Shown piece after piece: positions 34,701-44,157 of a DNA stretch of 64,000 bases. A program made the position numbers and the translations under genes. The notes beneath the pieces were generated by a model that made no database searches, was not told the DNA's origin, and saw only the letters and a program-made list of their open reading frames with translations. The DNA comes from a virus. Position 1 is the first letter of the stretch. Every line of letters starts with the position of its first letter. The DNA lies in IMG/VR virus record IMGVR_UViG_3300005915_000001, positions 2,532 to 66,531 of that record, one strand, 5' to 3'.

Positions 34701-34923
34701 GATAAGGCTTGATTATAATTTCAGCATTTTCTGGAACTTGGGTATTTCCTAGATCATCATTATTATATATTACACCGTTTAAAGTTAATTCAGCTAATGG
34801 CATTGATGCAGCGTACTTATTACGTATATCCAATAGCGTACATGGTTCATACACAGGTGCATAAATTACCGGAAGTAAATCAGTACTTGGATCAAAGAAA
34901 ATTGTGATTTTAATTTGTAACAT
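31738..34923 (-). CDS. tail tip / central tail protein (lambda gpI+gpJ-like)
   Basis: N-terminal ubiquitin-like segment, IPLAYG, GEGP; 1061 aa; follows L and K-like genes. Confidence 0.8.
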   Translation of the reverse strand: MLQIKITIFFDPSTDLLPVIYAPVYEPCTLLDIRNKYAASMPLAELTLNGVIYNNDDLGNTQVPENAEIIIKPYPGFWIQLGAFIWTVGTQIALAVAISYLGGLMFGQNPPESGDANEGTGDQSFGFNPKSTQREGITIPLAYGKNMHHGNIVSRWTNINDEDNEVLFLKICYGEGPTEGIDTNAIYINNQPIGFFENDVVHQRVGTDNQTVMPGFEQEKIEIRNSDEITYDAGSKTYNLPRKGFDQIEFTLGFDRGLYHYTKMGDQNSHALTVKVEISVVGLNSWTTLISTPITRNQTGAYYIEYSTEDSSIAFTPDRTKQYQLRVAKLSADQDKAKYGDELRLRSFRGVVNTAFTHPGKALMGLQIAASDLLNGAIDVKVVREDRILRWYNGSSWALGYKSNRAWVAYNMLTQPSITGDGDGTPFDIEFYEGFQPSRLDTAFFYEWALLCDTQVDDGNGNTIALSPCHHIIDSAVELWNMVYQLATIGRARLIWEGTTLSGWIDSAVTGDLEIITSDIIIGETWTQEWTTSPNKVGTIHVDYQDEDRGYKRIKWPYSNESSGSYTNTIDIRGVGIKNRALATYVAAYTLERSQLLLELNSCVMYKDALMYKIGEVYLVQVNQPNWGQSYRIEDSDSSTGNEITLDRDVDASNGDTIYIRSYVPSTGAVTTKSYTVDSVVDDVVTLTTGLADAVARKDIVAIGTTLELKKRRIISKQWNPDHTFTITFEQYDPDLFDIFDITPTVDYPDYTPAFTENRLAEPVSEFDVTNLIQNLLPPQLAVDIPWTSNLTWAHSGSGGVASWEATDGTNPILFRLEDATSEIDEDNTDKEFIYWDPNFVTLFRVTDDINVAIASGNWLMAVNTGSEVHAAHGMQLIHAGVLLAGTIRAEQYAQLRQTMPWTYADSCDASHTFIIDFKIPSETDDIISVKLSFKIKVFRTYLTGTGVTPQSADTLSSDNQGFNEGSLPVNWSHAHTVYQANHSHDLILGIYEEDNSPVTLHYNVDNGSGFGASSGDFTGDQTDIEIVSVISGTGWKAVRFTVDKRCRIVASVEVKVDVTA

Positions 34924-35230
34924 AGTAACCTTTTACAAAAGGTAATACTTCTTGATTCAATCTGTCTTGCTTAATTCTATCTACGCCTAAACGATTTACT
35001 GCATGAATATAATGCATACAATCAGGATACACTACACCAGTATGCCATGAATTATCTGGAAAATGAAATAGAACTATTGAAAATAAAATGGGAGACACAC
35101 CGGCGTTGTGCATCTCCCACACACTGCAAGGCAACGACAGCCCTAATATCTTTCCAGCATAATGACAGAACGACCAACATAGTGACATGTTGTCATTATG
35201 ATTATATACTTCGCAAAGAATTTCCACCAT
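34910..35230 (-). CDS. tail assembly protein K-like (NlpC/P60)
   Basis: CW..., WHTGV...YIHA; position between L and J. Confidence 0.6.
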   Translation of the reverse strand: MVEILCEVYNHNDNMSLCWSFCHYAGKILGLSLPCSVWEMHNAGVSPILFSIVLFHFPDNSWHTGVVYPDCMHYIHAVNRLGVDRIKQDRLNQEVLPFVKGYYVTN

Positions 35231-35853
35231 CAGACTTCCATTGAAGAATTGTCTAAACCTAAGAATGCACCAAAGAAAGTAGCATTGCCTTTCCCTAAGC
35301 AGTCTTCAAATGTTCCAGTGCACGATGGATCAGCCCCTGCATATCGGCATCTTGATTTCTTGAAAAGAGTAGGTGTTGCGTACGGGCATATACTACTTGA
35401 ATAGTCCCTTAAAGGAATTCGTTTGAGCATTGGGTTAGGGACACCAAGTGTGAAATAAATCCACTCTGAATCTACTTTGCATTTAATATTTTCAAAGTCA
35501 GCTTCTAATGCGGGGATTGCAATTGAAAGGAAATCATTGTTCACCTTAATCAACTTAATATCCGCACCTGCACCACCTGAGGTTTCTTGAATCAAATCGT
35601 ATATTGTAGAGTTCAAAGTCGATGTGCGCAGAACTACTGTTGGAATATTCCCTGAACTACCAATGTCTCTTGCAGACACTTCGAGATTATCTGCTGTGTA
35701 TTCCTGGCCGTCATATTCCACATCTTCATTGTTCCCTGCGGCGTAGATAGTTGACTCGGATGGAACAGCTATCTGAACCATCCACAGCCAAGTATTTTGG
35801 TCCATTGGATCAAGGAGTGATTTTTCAAAATCATTTGGTAGTGTCGTTGGCAT
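35230..35853 (-). CDS. minor tail protein L-like
   Basis: C-terminal C..C.Y.G...C.....C......FG.F cysteine cluster. Confidence 0.75.
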   Translation of the reverse strand: MPTTLPNDFEKSLLDPMDQNTWLWMVQIAVPSESTIYAAGNNEDVEYDGQEYTADNLEVSARDIGSSGNIPTVVLRTSTLNSTIYDLIQETSGGAGADIKLIKVNNDFLSIAIPALEADFENIKCKVDSEWIYFTLGVPNPMLKRIPLRDYSSSICPYATPTLFKKSRCRYAGADPSCTGTFEDCLGKGNATFFGAFLGLDNSSMEV

Positions 35854-35856
35854 GAT

Positions 35857-35982
35857 TTATTTCCTTGGTTGTCTTGGTGTCCCTTTATTACCATGGCCTC
35901 CGCCACTACCATCTCGTCGTGGTGCTCCACCACATGATCCTTGTTTTGGAGATCTTCTTGTGCTGCTTGGTTTCGTTGCCAT
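35857..35982 (-). CDS. 41-aa basic Gly/Arg-rich peptide
   Basis: MATKPSSTRRSPKQGSCGGAPRRDGSGGGHGNKGTPRQPRK with RBS AAGGA; not in ORF track. Confidence 0.6.
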   Translation of the reverse strand: MATKPSSTRRSPKQGSCGGAPRRDGSGGGHGNKGTPRQPRK

Positions 35983-35994
35983 TGTATTTTCCTT

Positions 35995-38900
35995 TTAGGT
36001 CATCTCAGTCTTCTTTATGGTTCCACCTTGGTTGTAGCACATGTACAATCTTGAAGAATTATTAGTATCAATCCAAAAGCAAAATTTAGTATCTGGTAAA
36101 TCTGTAGCATCTGGTTCTGCATCTTGGCTATATGTTTTTATTGCCAGTCTACCAACACTATCCCACTCATGAAATGTTCCTGATGTAGTAATCTTAATAG
36201 TATCTTCTGTCGGTGGGGTGCCTACAAAGTACCTTGTCCTAATTACTTTGATCCAATAATATGGAGTTGCACCAGCGGCGCCTGTGACTTGATTAACGGT
36301 TCTCAAACCCCAGTCAGTTAAAGAGTCAATATCCCATCGAATAGAACCATTTTGTTGGAAACCGTTTGTATCATCCCCACTTGTAAAAGCTGTCCAAGTC
36401 CCTCCAGTATCCTCAATAAAATGAAACGTTGGTTTGATAGTCACGCTGGAAGCTATTGCAAGTAAAACGTTGATTTGATCAAACTTAGTCAATGACGCAA
36501 CGAGTATTGCGTCATTGTCATCAACGAACATTTGAACATCAGAAGCAGCACTGCCAAATTCACTTGTCACATCTGCGTAAGTTCCAGCACTGTCATCATA
36601 AGTAAAAGCAGCTGCAACAGAAGCTTGTGTTCCTAAATGCTGGTGTATTACATCTACACCTGTATGTGTTGATAAAGCCGCGTTCTCTAGATCTGTATTT
36701 GTTGGATCAGCTAATGCGACATCTATGGCATGAAATTCTCCACCTGCTGTTGCAGTATTATCTATAACAAAGTCAAGACCAACCCCAGAGACTCCATCGA
36801 CAAAAGCGGTTGCATCATAGTTTATTCTTTCTGCAACACCTCCACCATATGTGTCTGGATCAAAATCTATTCCTAAGCCATGATTACCATCAATGCCTGC
36901 TTGAACATCAAGATGAACTGAATGTGTATTACAATTGGAGCTAGATTTTATTTTAAACGAAGCATCACAACTTCCTCCAACAGTGGCATGTATATCACCG
37001 TTGTCACTTACATAAAAATTTGGTCGAGGATATATAACAAAAGTCATTCCAGTTGCATCAGATATTTCAGCTCCACCAGTAGATCCAAAGCTTACCACAA
37101 TGTGTGTACTATCTGTGACAGCTGTGATTTCCCCAGTCGCTCCGATAAAATCAGGGGTTGATCCAACAACCTTTAAAAATTGTCCTATGTAGTCAACACT
37201 AGATTCATCAAAGTCTGCTGCTGGATCATAGATAGTATGTGTAGCAGCTGTCAACGTAGCATTGTGTGTCAGAACGTTTGTATATGTGGTTATTAAACCA
37301 TTGTCTGAAATTTCCAAACCTGCGCCATATGGTGCAGCCTCAGCAAAAAATCCTTCCATTGCTTTAACGTTCGCTGATGCAAAGATGTCACCAGAATCAG
37401 CAAATCCATATACAGGTGTCGTTGTACCTACTGCTATATTTTTTGTGAACGTCGGACTAAGAACTGGAGCCAATGCACCACCTTCAACACCTACAACACC
37501 AGCGGAAATTCTGCTCAGTGTCGTGTCTGTGTCGTGGCCGAGTTCGATAGTCTTTATTATTCCATCGCCTACGACAGTCAAATCGCCAGTCACTACAAAA
37601 TTGCTAGCTGTTGTTAATTTGTTGGTAGCTTGATCAATATAAATCCCGTCCACGATGTTATCAGCCGATGCAATTGGACCGCTATAATGGTGGTTCATGG
37701 CAGAATTATTGCTTCCAGCAAGATACAGTCCCTTAGAATATCCAGATCCGCCACGATAGTCAGAAACTTTTGTATTGGATACTCCAAGTTTATTACCCGA
37801 CAGAAAGATACCGTAAGAATCGCTTGTGCTAGTCCCAACGAAAGCACAGTCATGTACATTAATATTTGAAACTACACCACTCTCTAAATTTTCTCCGTGA
37901 ATTGTGTTTTTTGTCAAGTGTAAGGCTGTAATATTAGTAACAGCTAAATCGCTAACATAATTCAAGTAGATTCCATAACCTTCCGTTGTGTTGACGCCAT
38001 TAGATCCAACGAAAATAAGATCGCTTAGAATAACACCACGACAGTTTTCTATATGAACAAGGTTGCCAGCTAAATTATCTGAATTATGGATTACGGCAAT
38101 ATAGTTATTCGTGATTCTTATACTCGTCACAGATTGATTACCAGCGGCATCTCCCTTTATAAATATCTGATTAGCTGTATTGGGCTCTGCGCCGAAACCA
38201 TTGTTTTCTATATAACAGCCAGTTATTTCGATATTCCCAGAGCTTAGTCCCGTTCCACTTCTATCAAGAATATAGCCCCCGCCGTCGTTGAATTCAATAT
38301 TGCATCCACTTAGTTTTGTACCCCCCAGACCAGTACCGGCAGACCTGATACCCGCACCGTCGTTTGCAGACAAAACAGTATGAGAAACAACACCGTCAGA
38401 TGCCATACGAAGACCGTCACCTAGATTACCAACAAATTTCGAGTCAATAACTTCGTTAAGCCCTTGGAGCAATGACATTCCAGCCGTCACGAAACCACCG
38501 ACAAAACAATTCTCTACTCGTGTCCTAGCCCCGTAGATGCCGTTAATCGCAGATAACCCTATTGAGTTACCGTCAAATATAAGATTATTGTATTCTACTC
38601 CTCCAATTCCGTTTGAGTGGGTAAACATATCAACAGCCGTTCGAGATTGCAATATCGCAGCACTCCCGTATGTTGTGGTTCCGCTCCACGCCCAACTACC
38701 TCCACCTACAAATGCGATACCGCTAAGCGGGACAGTCAACGCGTCAACTAAGTAGGTTTTGCCAGGCGGGAATAAGACTGTTCCACCACCCGCAGCACCG
38801 CACGCGGTAATCGCTGCCTGCACAAATGCTGTATCATTCGTGGTCCCATTCCCGGTTGCATCGTAGTCCCGCACGTCAAACACCGGCTTCGCCTGCACCT

Positions 38901-39162
38901 GCCAGTCGGTCCCGTCACCAGTGATCTGGGAGCCTATATCGGGAGTACCTGAAGCTACTTGCTCACCTTCAATTGATAACTTACCACCTGAAGCACTGAG
39001 AGTGTTTTCAGTGGCGTGGCCTAGTTCAATAGATGTATCAACGGTCAACGGTCCAGCAAAACTTTGATGGAATCCTCCCGCTGTGTGTTCAACATTCAGG
39101 TATGCATTGAGTTCTGTGCCCCACACATTGGTAGAGCCGCCGACAGTTGGTAATGAAGCCAT
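35995..39162 (-). CDS. tailspike with pectate-lyase-like beta-helix
   Basis: FDVRDYDATGNGTTNDTAFVQAAI...GGTVLFPPGKTY followed by parallel beta-helix repeats. Confidence 0.8.
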   Translation of the reverse strand: MASLPTVGGSTNVWGTELNAYLNVEHTAGGFHQSFAGPLTVDTSIELGHATENTLSASGGKLSIEGEQVASGTPDIGSQITGDGTDWQVQAKPVFDVRDYDATGNGTTNDTAFVQAAITACGAAGGGTVLFPPGKTYLVDALTVPLSGIAFVGGGSWAWSGTTTYGSAAILQSRTAVDMFTHSNGIGGVEYNNLIFDGNSIGLSAINGIYGARTRVENCFVGGFVTAGMSLLQGLNEVIDSKFVGNLGDGLRMASDGVVSHTVLSANDGAGIRSAGTGLGGTKLSGCNIEFNDGGGYILDRSGTGLSSGNIEITGCYIENNGFGAEPNTANQIFIKGDAAGNQSVTSIRITNNYIAVIHNSDNLAGNLVHIENCRGVILSDLIFVGSNGVNTTEGYGIYLNYVSDLAVTNITALHLTKNTIHGENLESGVVSNINVHDCAFVGTSTSDSYGIFLSGNKLGVSNTKVSDYRGGSGYSKGLYLAGSNNSAMNHHYSGPIASADNIVDGIYIDQATNKLTTASNFVVTGDLTVVGDGIIKTIELGHDTDTTLSRISAGVVGVEGGALAPVLSPTFTKNIAVGTTTPVYGFADSGDIFASANVKAMEGFFAEAAPYGAGLEISDNGLITTYTNVLTHNATLTAATHTIYDPAADFDESSVDYIGQFLKVVGSTPDFIGATGEITAVTDSTHIVVSFGSTGGAEISDATGMTFVIYPRPNFYVSDNGDIHATVGGSCDASFKIKSSSNCNTHSVHLDVQAGIDGNHGLGIDFDPDTYGGGVAERINYDATAFVDGVSGVGLDFVIDNTATAGGEFHAIDVALADPTNTDLENAALSTHTGVDVIHQHLGTQASVAAAFTYDDSAGTYADVTSEFGSAASDVQMFVDDNDAILVASLTKFDQINVLLAIASSVTIKPTFHFIEDTGGTWTAFTSGDDTNGFQQNGSIRWDIDSLTDWGLRTVNQVTGAAGATPYYWIKVIRTRYFVGTPPTEDTIKITTSGTFHEWDSVGRLAIKTYSQDAEPDATDLPDTKFCFWIDTNNSSRLYMCYNQGGTIKKTEMT

Positions 39163-39165
39163 GTT

Positions 39166-39504
39166 TTATTTCTTTCCAGTGACAAGAACTTCGTGAATTC
39201 TAAAGAATGCAGGACTAAAATCATCCAATAACTCACTATAGATTAGAGTTGCAGTCAGGACTTCTTCTTGCCACTTAGTTAAAGTGAATTCAACTTTCAA
39301 CGCACTTGCGATTTTCTGATTAAGATTAACTCGACCTTCGTTTTCTACCCACTCGATTACTTTCTTCTCATCATCTGTCAGCTCAAGTCTGTCTAGTATG
39401 TCTTTTTGATCTTTGATCTTTGCTACTGTTCGTACTTGGAATTTAGTAAAAATTTCTTTTACTGATAGTCGTTCCATTACATTTAGTTCTAGTGTCGTTG
39501 CCAT
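39166..39504 (-). CDS. hypothetical tail-region protein
   Basis: ORF with RBS AAGGA. Confidence 0.65.
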   Translation of the reverse strand: MATTLELNVMERLSVKEIFTKFQVRTVAKIKDQKDILDRLELTDDEKKVIEWVENEGRVNLNQKIASALKVEFTLTKWQEEVLTATLIYSELLDDFSPAFFRIHEVLVTGKK

Positions 39505-39520
39505 TGTTTGTTCCTTTTAA

Positions 39521-39940
39521 TTAGCTACCTGTACCGCCATATTTACCTGCACCATAGATTCCATATCCATAGTCACCAGGGTTTATTGTAAATGAGGTAT
39601 ACTGTGTTAGACTCCGTGAAACATTCCAACTGTTTATATCGTTATTTGCTTCGAAAACCTGGACATCATCGAATTGGACATCGTAATAAACTAAATCCCC
39701 AGGGTTTAACCAAAACCAATTTGTAGCTTTATTCTCATTATAAAAATCTTCTAATAGAATCTTTGAAGCATCATTCAGATTTTTAATAGCATGATCAAAA
39801 GTAATTGCATCAAACGTTTTATATGTTATCGTGAATGGCCTACCAGAGTTAAATAAACCTTTAGACGTAGTATCGTCTTGAGGTCTCTCCGACCAATCTT
39901 CTGAAAGCTCTTCTTGATTTAATACTGGATGTGTTGACAT
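39521..39940 (-). CDS. minor tail protein (gpM/distal-tail-like), paralogue 2
   Basis: L..FY..NK...FW..P motif shared with 39941-40300; YG-repeat C-terminus. Confidence 0.6.
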   Translation of the reverse strand: MSTHPVLNQEELSEDWSERPQDDTTSKGLFNSGRPFTITYKTFDAITFDHAIKNLNDASKILLEDFYNENKATNWFWLNPGDLVYYDVQFDDVQVFEANNDINSWNVSRSLTQYTSFTINPGDYGYGIYGAGKYGGTGS

Positions 39941-40300
39941 TTAAGCCACCGCCGTAGTAGTTAGAAACTGTACTGATGACCACATATTTGGTTCACCCAA
40001 TGATTCAAATTTCGGAGGGTTATCATAAGAAACTGTATGCACTACCAAAGTTCCTGGATGCGTCCAGTAAAATTCCTTTTCCTTATTAGCTTTGTAGAAT
40101 GCTAACAATGTCACTTTGTCTGCATCATGTAATAAAGGCAATATAAACTCAAATGATATTGGGTCGAAAACTCTATTAGTTCCTTTAAATAATTTACCAG
40201 CTCCAGACTTCGCAGTTAAGACAGTATCTTTCTGCCTGTTCTCAGACCATCCTTGTACAGAGCCTTCAGTATTTAAAGTTGGGAAAGTTTCAATACTCAT
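39941..40300 (-). CDS. minor tail protein (gpM/distal-tail-like), paralogue 1
   Basis: Directly after tape measure; LAFYKANKEKEFYWTHP. Confidence 0.6.
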   Translation of the reverse strand: MSIETFPTLNTEGSVQGWSENRQKDTVLTAKSGAGKLFKGTNRVFDPISFEFILPLLHDADKVTLLAFYKANKEKEFYWTHPGTLVVHTVSYDNPPKFESLGEPNMWSSVQFLTTTAVA

Positions 40301-42936
40301 TACTTAAGACCCTTTACCTTAGATCTTACAGCTTGATTCGTATCAGCTAAAGCTAACCAAACCTCTGCGAATTGTTGTTCATTTTGAATAAATGATTGTT
40401 GCTTTGACACTACAAGTGGCTGTCCCTCATAATGAAGTTTGAAATTAAGATTTCCGTTTCCACCTAAAGTTTTGCCTACACCACTAAACTCTTCACCTTT
40501 ATGGACCATGGCCCAACCAGTTCTTTCAACAGTGCCACCACTAGCAAGTCCTGGTGCTTCAGCTGGTCCAATCTGCCCACCAGTCACACCAAAGTCACTA
40601 GAAGTGCCAGTCGATGTAAGCCCAATATTAAACGCTTTAAAAATGTACTTTCCTGCATCAGTGAGTCCTTGTGCGGATGCTTTTGCAGCTGGAGTAATGA
40701 ATGCAATTCGAACAGCTTCAAAATAAACTTCACGAAGCATACTAATGACGGTATCTTTCCAACTCTTCCAGTCTTCAACCATGTTCATCAAGCCTTGTTC
40801 CATGATGCTGGTTAGGCTTTGTTGAAACTCTGCAAACCTTGCAATGGCTTTATCAGTAAACTGTTTACCAGCTTCATCAGTTTTTTTTGCTGTCTTTACA
40901 GCAGCATTGCCTACTGATTCTAGCATTTTAATAGTATCTTCAGCTTGTTTTTTCAAGGAATTCAATAATCTATTGGACGCATCATCATCTGTACTATTAA
41001 AATCCAAAGACTCCATGAGATTTTCAATAATTGGAAGCTTTGATCTAAGAGTTTTTATCATTGAATCAATATCTTTGGTAAACTGAGTCTTAAAAGCTTC
41101 TCCTACTTCCTCTGCTTGCTTGTCTACTGCTATGATAAATCCTTTACTCGTATTCTCAACTTTTTTAAAAGCTTCTTTTGTAAATTTAACCATTTTTTCA
41201 ATCTCTTTATCATTTTTTCTAACTGCATCTGCAAAAGATTCGGCCCAGTCTTTATTGGCATTTTCATACCCCCGTTTGAATTCTTTGAACATACCATCAA
41301 AGGTAATAGATTTCCATCCATTTTCTATACCTTCTTTTATTGCTTTAAGCCATGTAAAAGCTCCTGTAAAACTTGCAAACAAATTAGACAAGAATTCATT
41401 AGAATTTTGTTTTATAAGCTTAAAAGTTAAAGCAAAAGTATCTACAAAACTTTTACCCATCTCACCAAGCACTGTGTCACTAAACCATGCAAAGCTGTCT
41501 TGTATAGCATCTAACCAAGAATCTATGTCTTCACCAAATAATGTTAAATTGTTTGCCCATGCAACCCTGAGAGAATATCCAACTGCAATCAATGCAGCTA
41601 TTGGCAGTAGTGCTAGGCCAAAATGCCCAATTGTTGTAAGCAATGCTAAATTCATCGCTGGAAGGCCAAAGGTAATAGCGCGAATTGATCCAACAAATAA
41701 TCCTAATCCTACTGTAGCTGGACCAACAACAGATGCTATCAGACCCATATTCACAATTGTTATCTTTGTTTCATCGTTTAACAAATCAAAGAAAGTAACT
41801 GCTTTGATTATCAGATTATTCATTCTTAAAACTTTTGGAGCTAGAATTTTTCCTATCTTTGCAGAAGCAAGAGTTATTTGATTTTTGAAAATTATAATCT
41901 GAGAATTAAATGACCTGAACTTTTTTTCAGCTTCTTCAATTAATGCGACATTTTCATCCCAAAACCTGCTACCTTTCTCAAGTGCTCCAGACAAAGCGCC
42001 TGTACGACCAGATAGCCTACCCATGATATCTATGACCCTAATACCACCTAACCCTATACCATCAAAAATTGGCATTAAGTCTTGTCCACTATCTCTCAAG
42101 CTTACCAATCCTTCGACAAAGGATGTAAGAGCTTCTGAAGAGTCTCTATTAAATAGATTGGAAAACTCTTTTCCTGACATTCTAGAAACATCAGCGAATA
42201 TTCCCAGACTTTCCGTACTACTTTTAACAGCAGTATTCATTTCAAGCATAACCTTACTGAATGAAGATCCACCTGCTTCAGCTTGTATACCCACAGAAGA
42301 TAGAGCAGCAGCTAAAGATAATATTTCAGATTCTGTTAGTCCTATTTGTGATCCAGCACTTCCCAGTCGTAATGCCATTGATACAATTTCAGCTTCAGTT
42401 GTTTCAAGGCTATTACCAAGACCGACTATTGTAGCACCTAGTCTATCAAAGTTATCTTGTGACATGTTGACAATATTTGCAAACCGAGCTAACGCTGTAG
42501 CAGCTTCCTCAGATGATAAGTTGGTAGTGGCACCCAACATAGCCATAACTTTTGTAAAGTCTAGTATCTTATCTGTCTCAATCCCTAGCTGTCCAGCAGC
42601 CTCACCGATTTTGAATAAATCAGTTATAGTCACTGGTATTACTCGCGACATATCTTCAAACCCAGATTTCAAAGCACTAAGCTGCTCAGTACTAGCATTA
42701 ACAGTTTTCTCAACACCAATGAATCCTTCTTCCAAAGATGCAAATGTCTTGACAGAAGATCTACCCATTAGAGCTAATGGTAGAGTAACAGCCAGTGACA
42801 TCTTCGTTCCGATAGATGTCAACTTTGTAGCTGTAGCTTCCATCCTCTTCTCGATAGTTCGTGCAGTGCGTAAATACTGACTAGCATCAAGATTCAAATG
42901 AACTAATAGATTTCCTAAATCTAATCCGAAGGCCAT
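40300..42936 (-). CDS. tail tape measure protein (TP901-type core)
   Basis: GEAAGQLGI, LGNSLETTEAEI, AEAGGSSFS; C-terminal LASGG..G.AMVH.GE. Confidence 0.92.
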   Translation of the reverse strand: MAFGLDLGNLLVHLNLDASQYLRTARTIEKRMEATATKLTSIGTKMSLAVTLPLALMGRSSVKTFASLEEGFIGVEKTVNASTEQLSALKSGFEDMSRVIPVTITDLFKIGEAAGQLGIETDKILDFTKVMAMLGATTNLSSEEAATALARFANIVNMSQDNFDRLGATIVGLGNSLETTEAEIVSMALRLGSAGSQIGLTESEILSLAAALSSVGIQAEAGGSSFSKVMLEMNTAVKSSTESLGIFADVSRMSGKEFSNLFNRDSSEALTSFVEGLVSLRDSGQDLMPIFDGIGLGGIRVIDIMGRLSGRTGALSGALEKGSRFWDENVALIEEAEKKFRSFNSQIIIFKNQITLASAKIGKILAPKVLRMNNLIIKAVTFFDLLNDETKITIVNMGLIASVVGPATVGLGLFVGSIRAITFGLPAMNLALLTTIGHFGLALLPIAALIAVGYSLRVAWANNLTLFGEDIDSWLDAIQDSFAWFSDTVLGEMGKSFVDTFALTFKLIKQNSNEFLSNLFASFTGAFTWLKAIKEGIENGWKSITFDGMFKEFKRGYENANKDWAESFADAVRKNDKEIEKMVKFTKEAFKKVENTSKGFIIAVDKQAEEVGEAFKTQFTKDIDSMIKTLRSKLPIIENLMESLDFNSTDDDASNRLLNSLKKQAEDTIKMLESVGNAAVKTAKKTDEAGKQFTDKAIARFAEFQQSLTSIMEQGLMNMVEDWKSWKDTVISMLREVYFEAVRIAFITPAAKASAQGLTDAGKYIFKAFNIGLTSTGTSSDFGVTGGQIGPAEAPGLASGGTVERTGWAMVHKGEEFSGVGKTLGGNGNLNFKLHYEGQPLVVSKQQSFIQNEQQFAEVWLALADTNQAVRSKVKGLK

Positions 42937-42945
42937 ATTTTTACT

Positions 42946-43281
42946 CTATTTCTTAACACCAAGCCAAGTCTTTAAACTTTCTTTCATTCTGTTTAAATTA
43001 GCTTGTCGATTCTTTGGTATTACCGTTTTGGGTTTGAACTTAATTAAGTAATTTTCTAGCTTTACACTTTTAGGATTTTTTGAATTACATTGAACTAAGG
43101 TCTTAATAAGATTCGCAAAATTAAAATCCTCTCGATGGAACGCATTAACTTCCATATCGAGGAATACCATCCAGTCGAGAAACTCTGTGGAAGAAGTCTC
43201 AACTTGGCATCGTTGCTTCGACATATGTAAATGCGAAGCAAGACGATGCCAATTAAGAGTTTCTCCCTTTAGTCGTTTCCC
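42946..43281 (-). CDS. tail assembly chaperone GT, -1 frameshift extension
   Basis: Slippery G GGA AAC at 43281-43275; the -1 frame reads KRLKGETLNWHRLASHLH into MSKQRC... Confidence 0.8.
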   Translation of the reverse strand, partial: GKRLKGETLNWHRLASHLHMSKQRCQVETSSTEFLDWMVFLDMEVNAFHREDFNFANLIKTLVQCNSKNPKSVKLENYLIKFKPKTVIPKNRQANLNRMKESLKTWLGVKK

Positions 43282-43619
43282 TCTTCGGCTTTCGCACCTT
43301 TGTCCAACCGACTCATCTTGTTTGCGATTTCAAACAAGTCACCTTGCAACCCAGCGGGCCATGTTTGTATACTCTTCAAAGGCACAAGTTTGCCATCATC
43401 ATCGTATACACACAAAGCCAACAGACTGGCCTGAAGATCTTTGTAGCTTTTCAACCCCGCTGTTTTCCCTGCTGCATTGAATTTCATTTGTGAACCAATA
43501 CCATCAAGATATGTATCACGCTCTAAACCATTCAGCTCACGTAATACATAATTCTTAACAACACCATCAAGACCTTCAATTCCAATTGGTTCTTCTTTAA
43601 GCCTCAGTGAATACTTCAT
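43269..43619 (-). CDS. tail assembly chaperone G
   Basis: Between tail tube and tape measure; ends EGND at a slippery site. Confidence 0.85.
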   Translation of the reverse strand: MKYSLRLKEEPIGIEGLDGVVKNYVLRELNGLERDTYLDGIGSQMKFNAAGKTAGLKSYKDLQASLLALCVYDDDGKLVPLKSIQTWPAGLQGDLFEIANKMSRLDKGAKAEEGND

Positions 43620-43657
43620 TCTATTTCCTTTCCAAAGAATAGAACTGTGTTTATAAT

Positions 43658-44104
43658 TTATGCTTCAGACATTACTGGAGCAGTTTCAGTGCCGGAGTCA
43701 TTAAGATTTCCTGGTATGATCTCAATATCTGCCATAGGTTGCGTACCTTCAACATGAGGTGCTGGAGTGAAACTTTTGATGTGACCCCAAAATTCGAAAG
43801 TTGCTGTATCGGGCAGCGTAATAGTGATCTCCTGATTATCGTTGATCATTGCTACCATCTCATCATACAGAGCTGGGTCCCAAGCAACAGATAGCCCACC
43901 GGCTAAAAGAGTCTTCAATGATCGCGCAGCAAACGTTCTCCACGTACTGTTACGCATCGTAGTGACGTCGATTGCTTCGCCTCCGTCGACTCCTGGGATT
44001 GTAACTTCTTTTTCCTCCATCACTAAAGTCAATACTGATGAACTTGATAACTGTGAAGAAGAAAAAGATATAGTGGTTTGATAACCATCAGTCATTATAG
44101 ACAT
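43658..44104 (-). CDS. major tail tube protein
   Basis: IDVTTM, W.P, ITLPD...F.G.I..F; directly upstream of chaperones. Confidence 0.75.
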   Translation of the reverse strand: MSIMTDGYQTTISFSSSQLSSSSVLTLVMEEKEVTIPGVDGGEAIDVTTMRNSTWRTFAARSLKTLLAGGLSVAWDPALYDEMVAMINDNQEITITLPDTATFEFWGHIKSFTPAPHVEGTQPMADIEIIPGNLNDSGTETAPVMSEA

Positions 44105-44157
44105 TGTAGTTTCCTTTCAATTTTATGTTAGTAAGTAAATCTTGTGAATTACTTATA

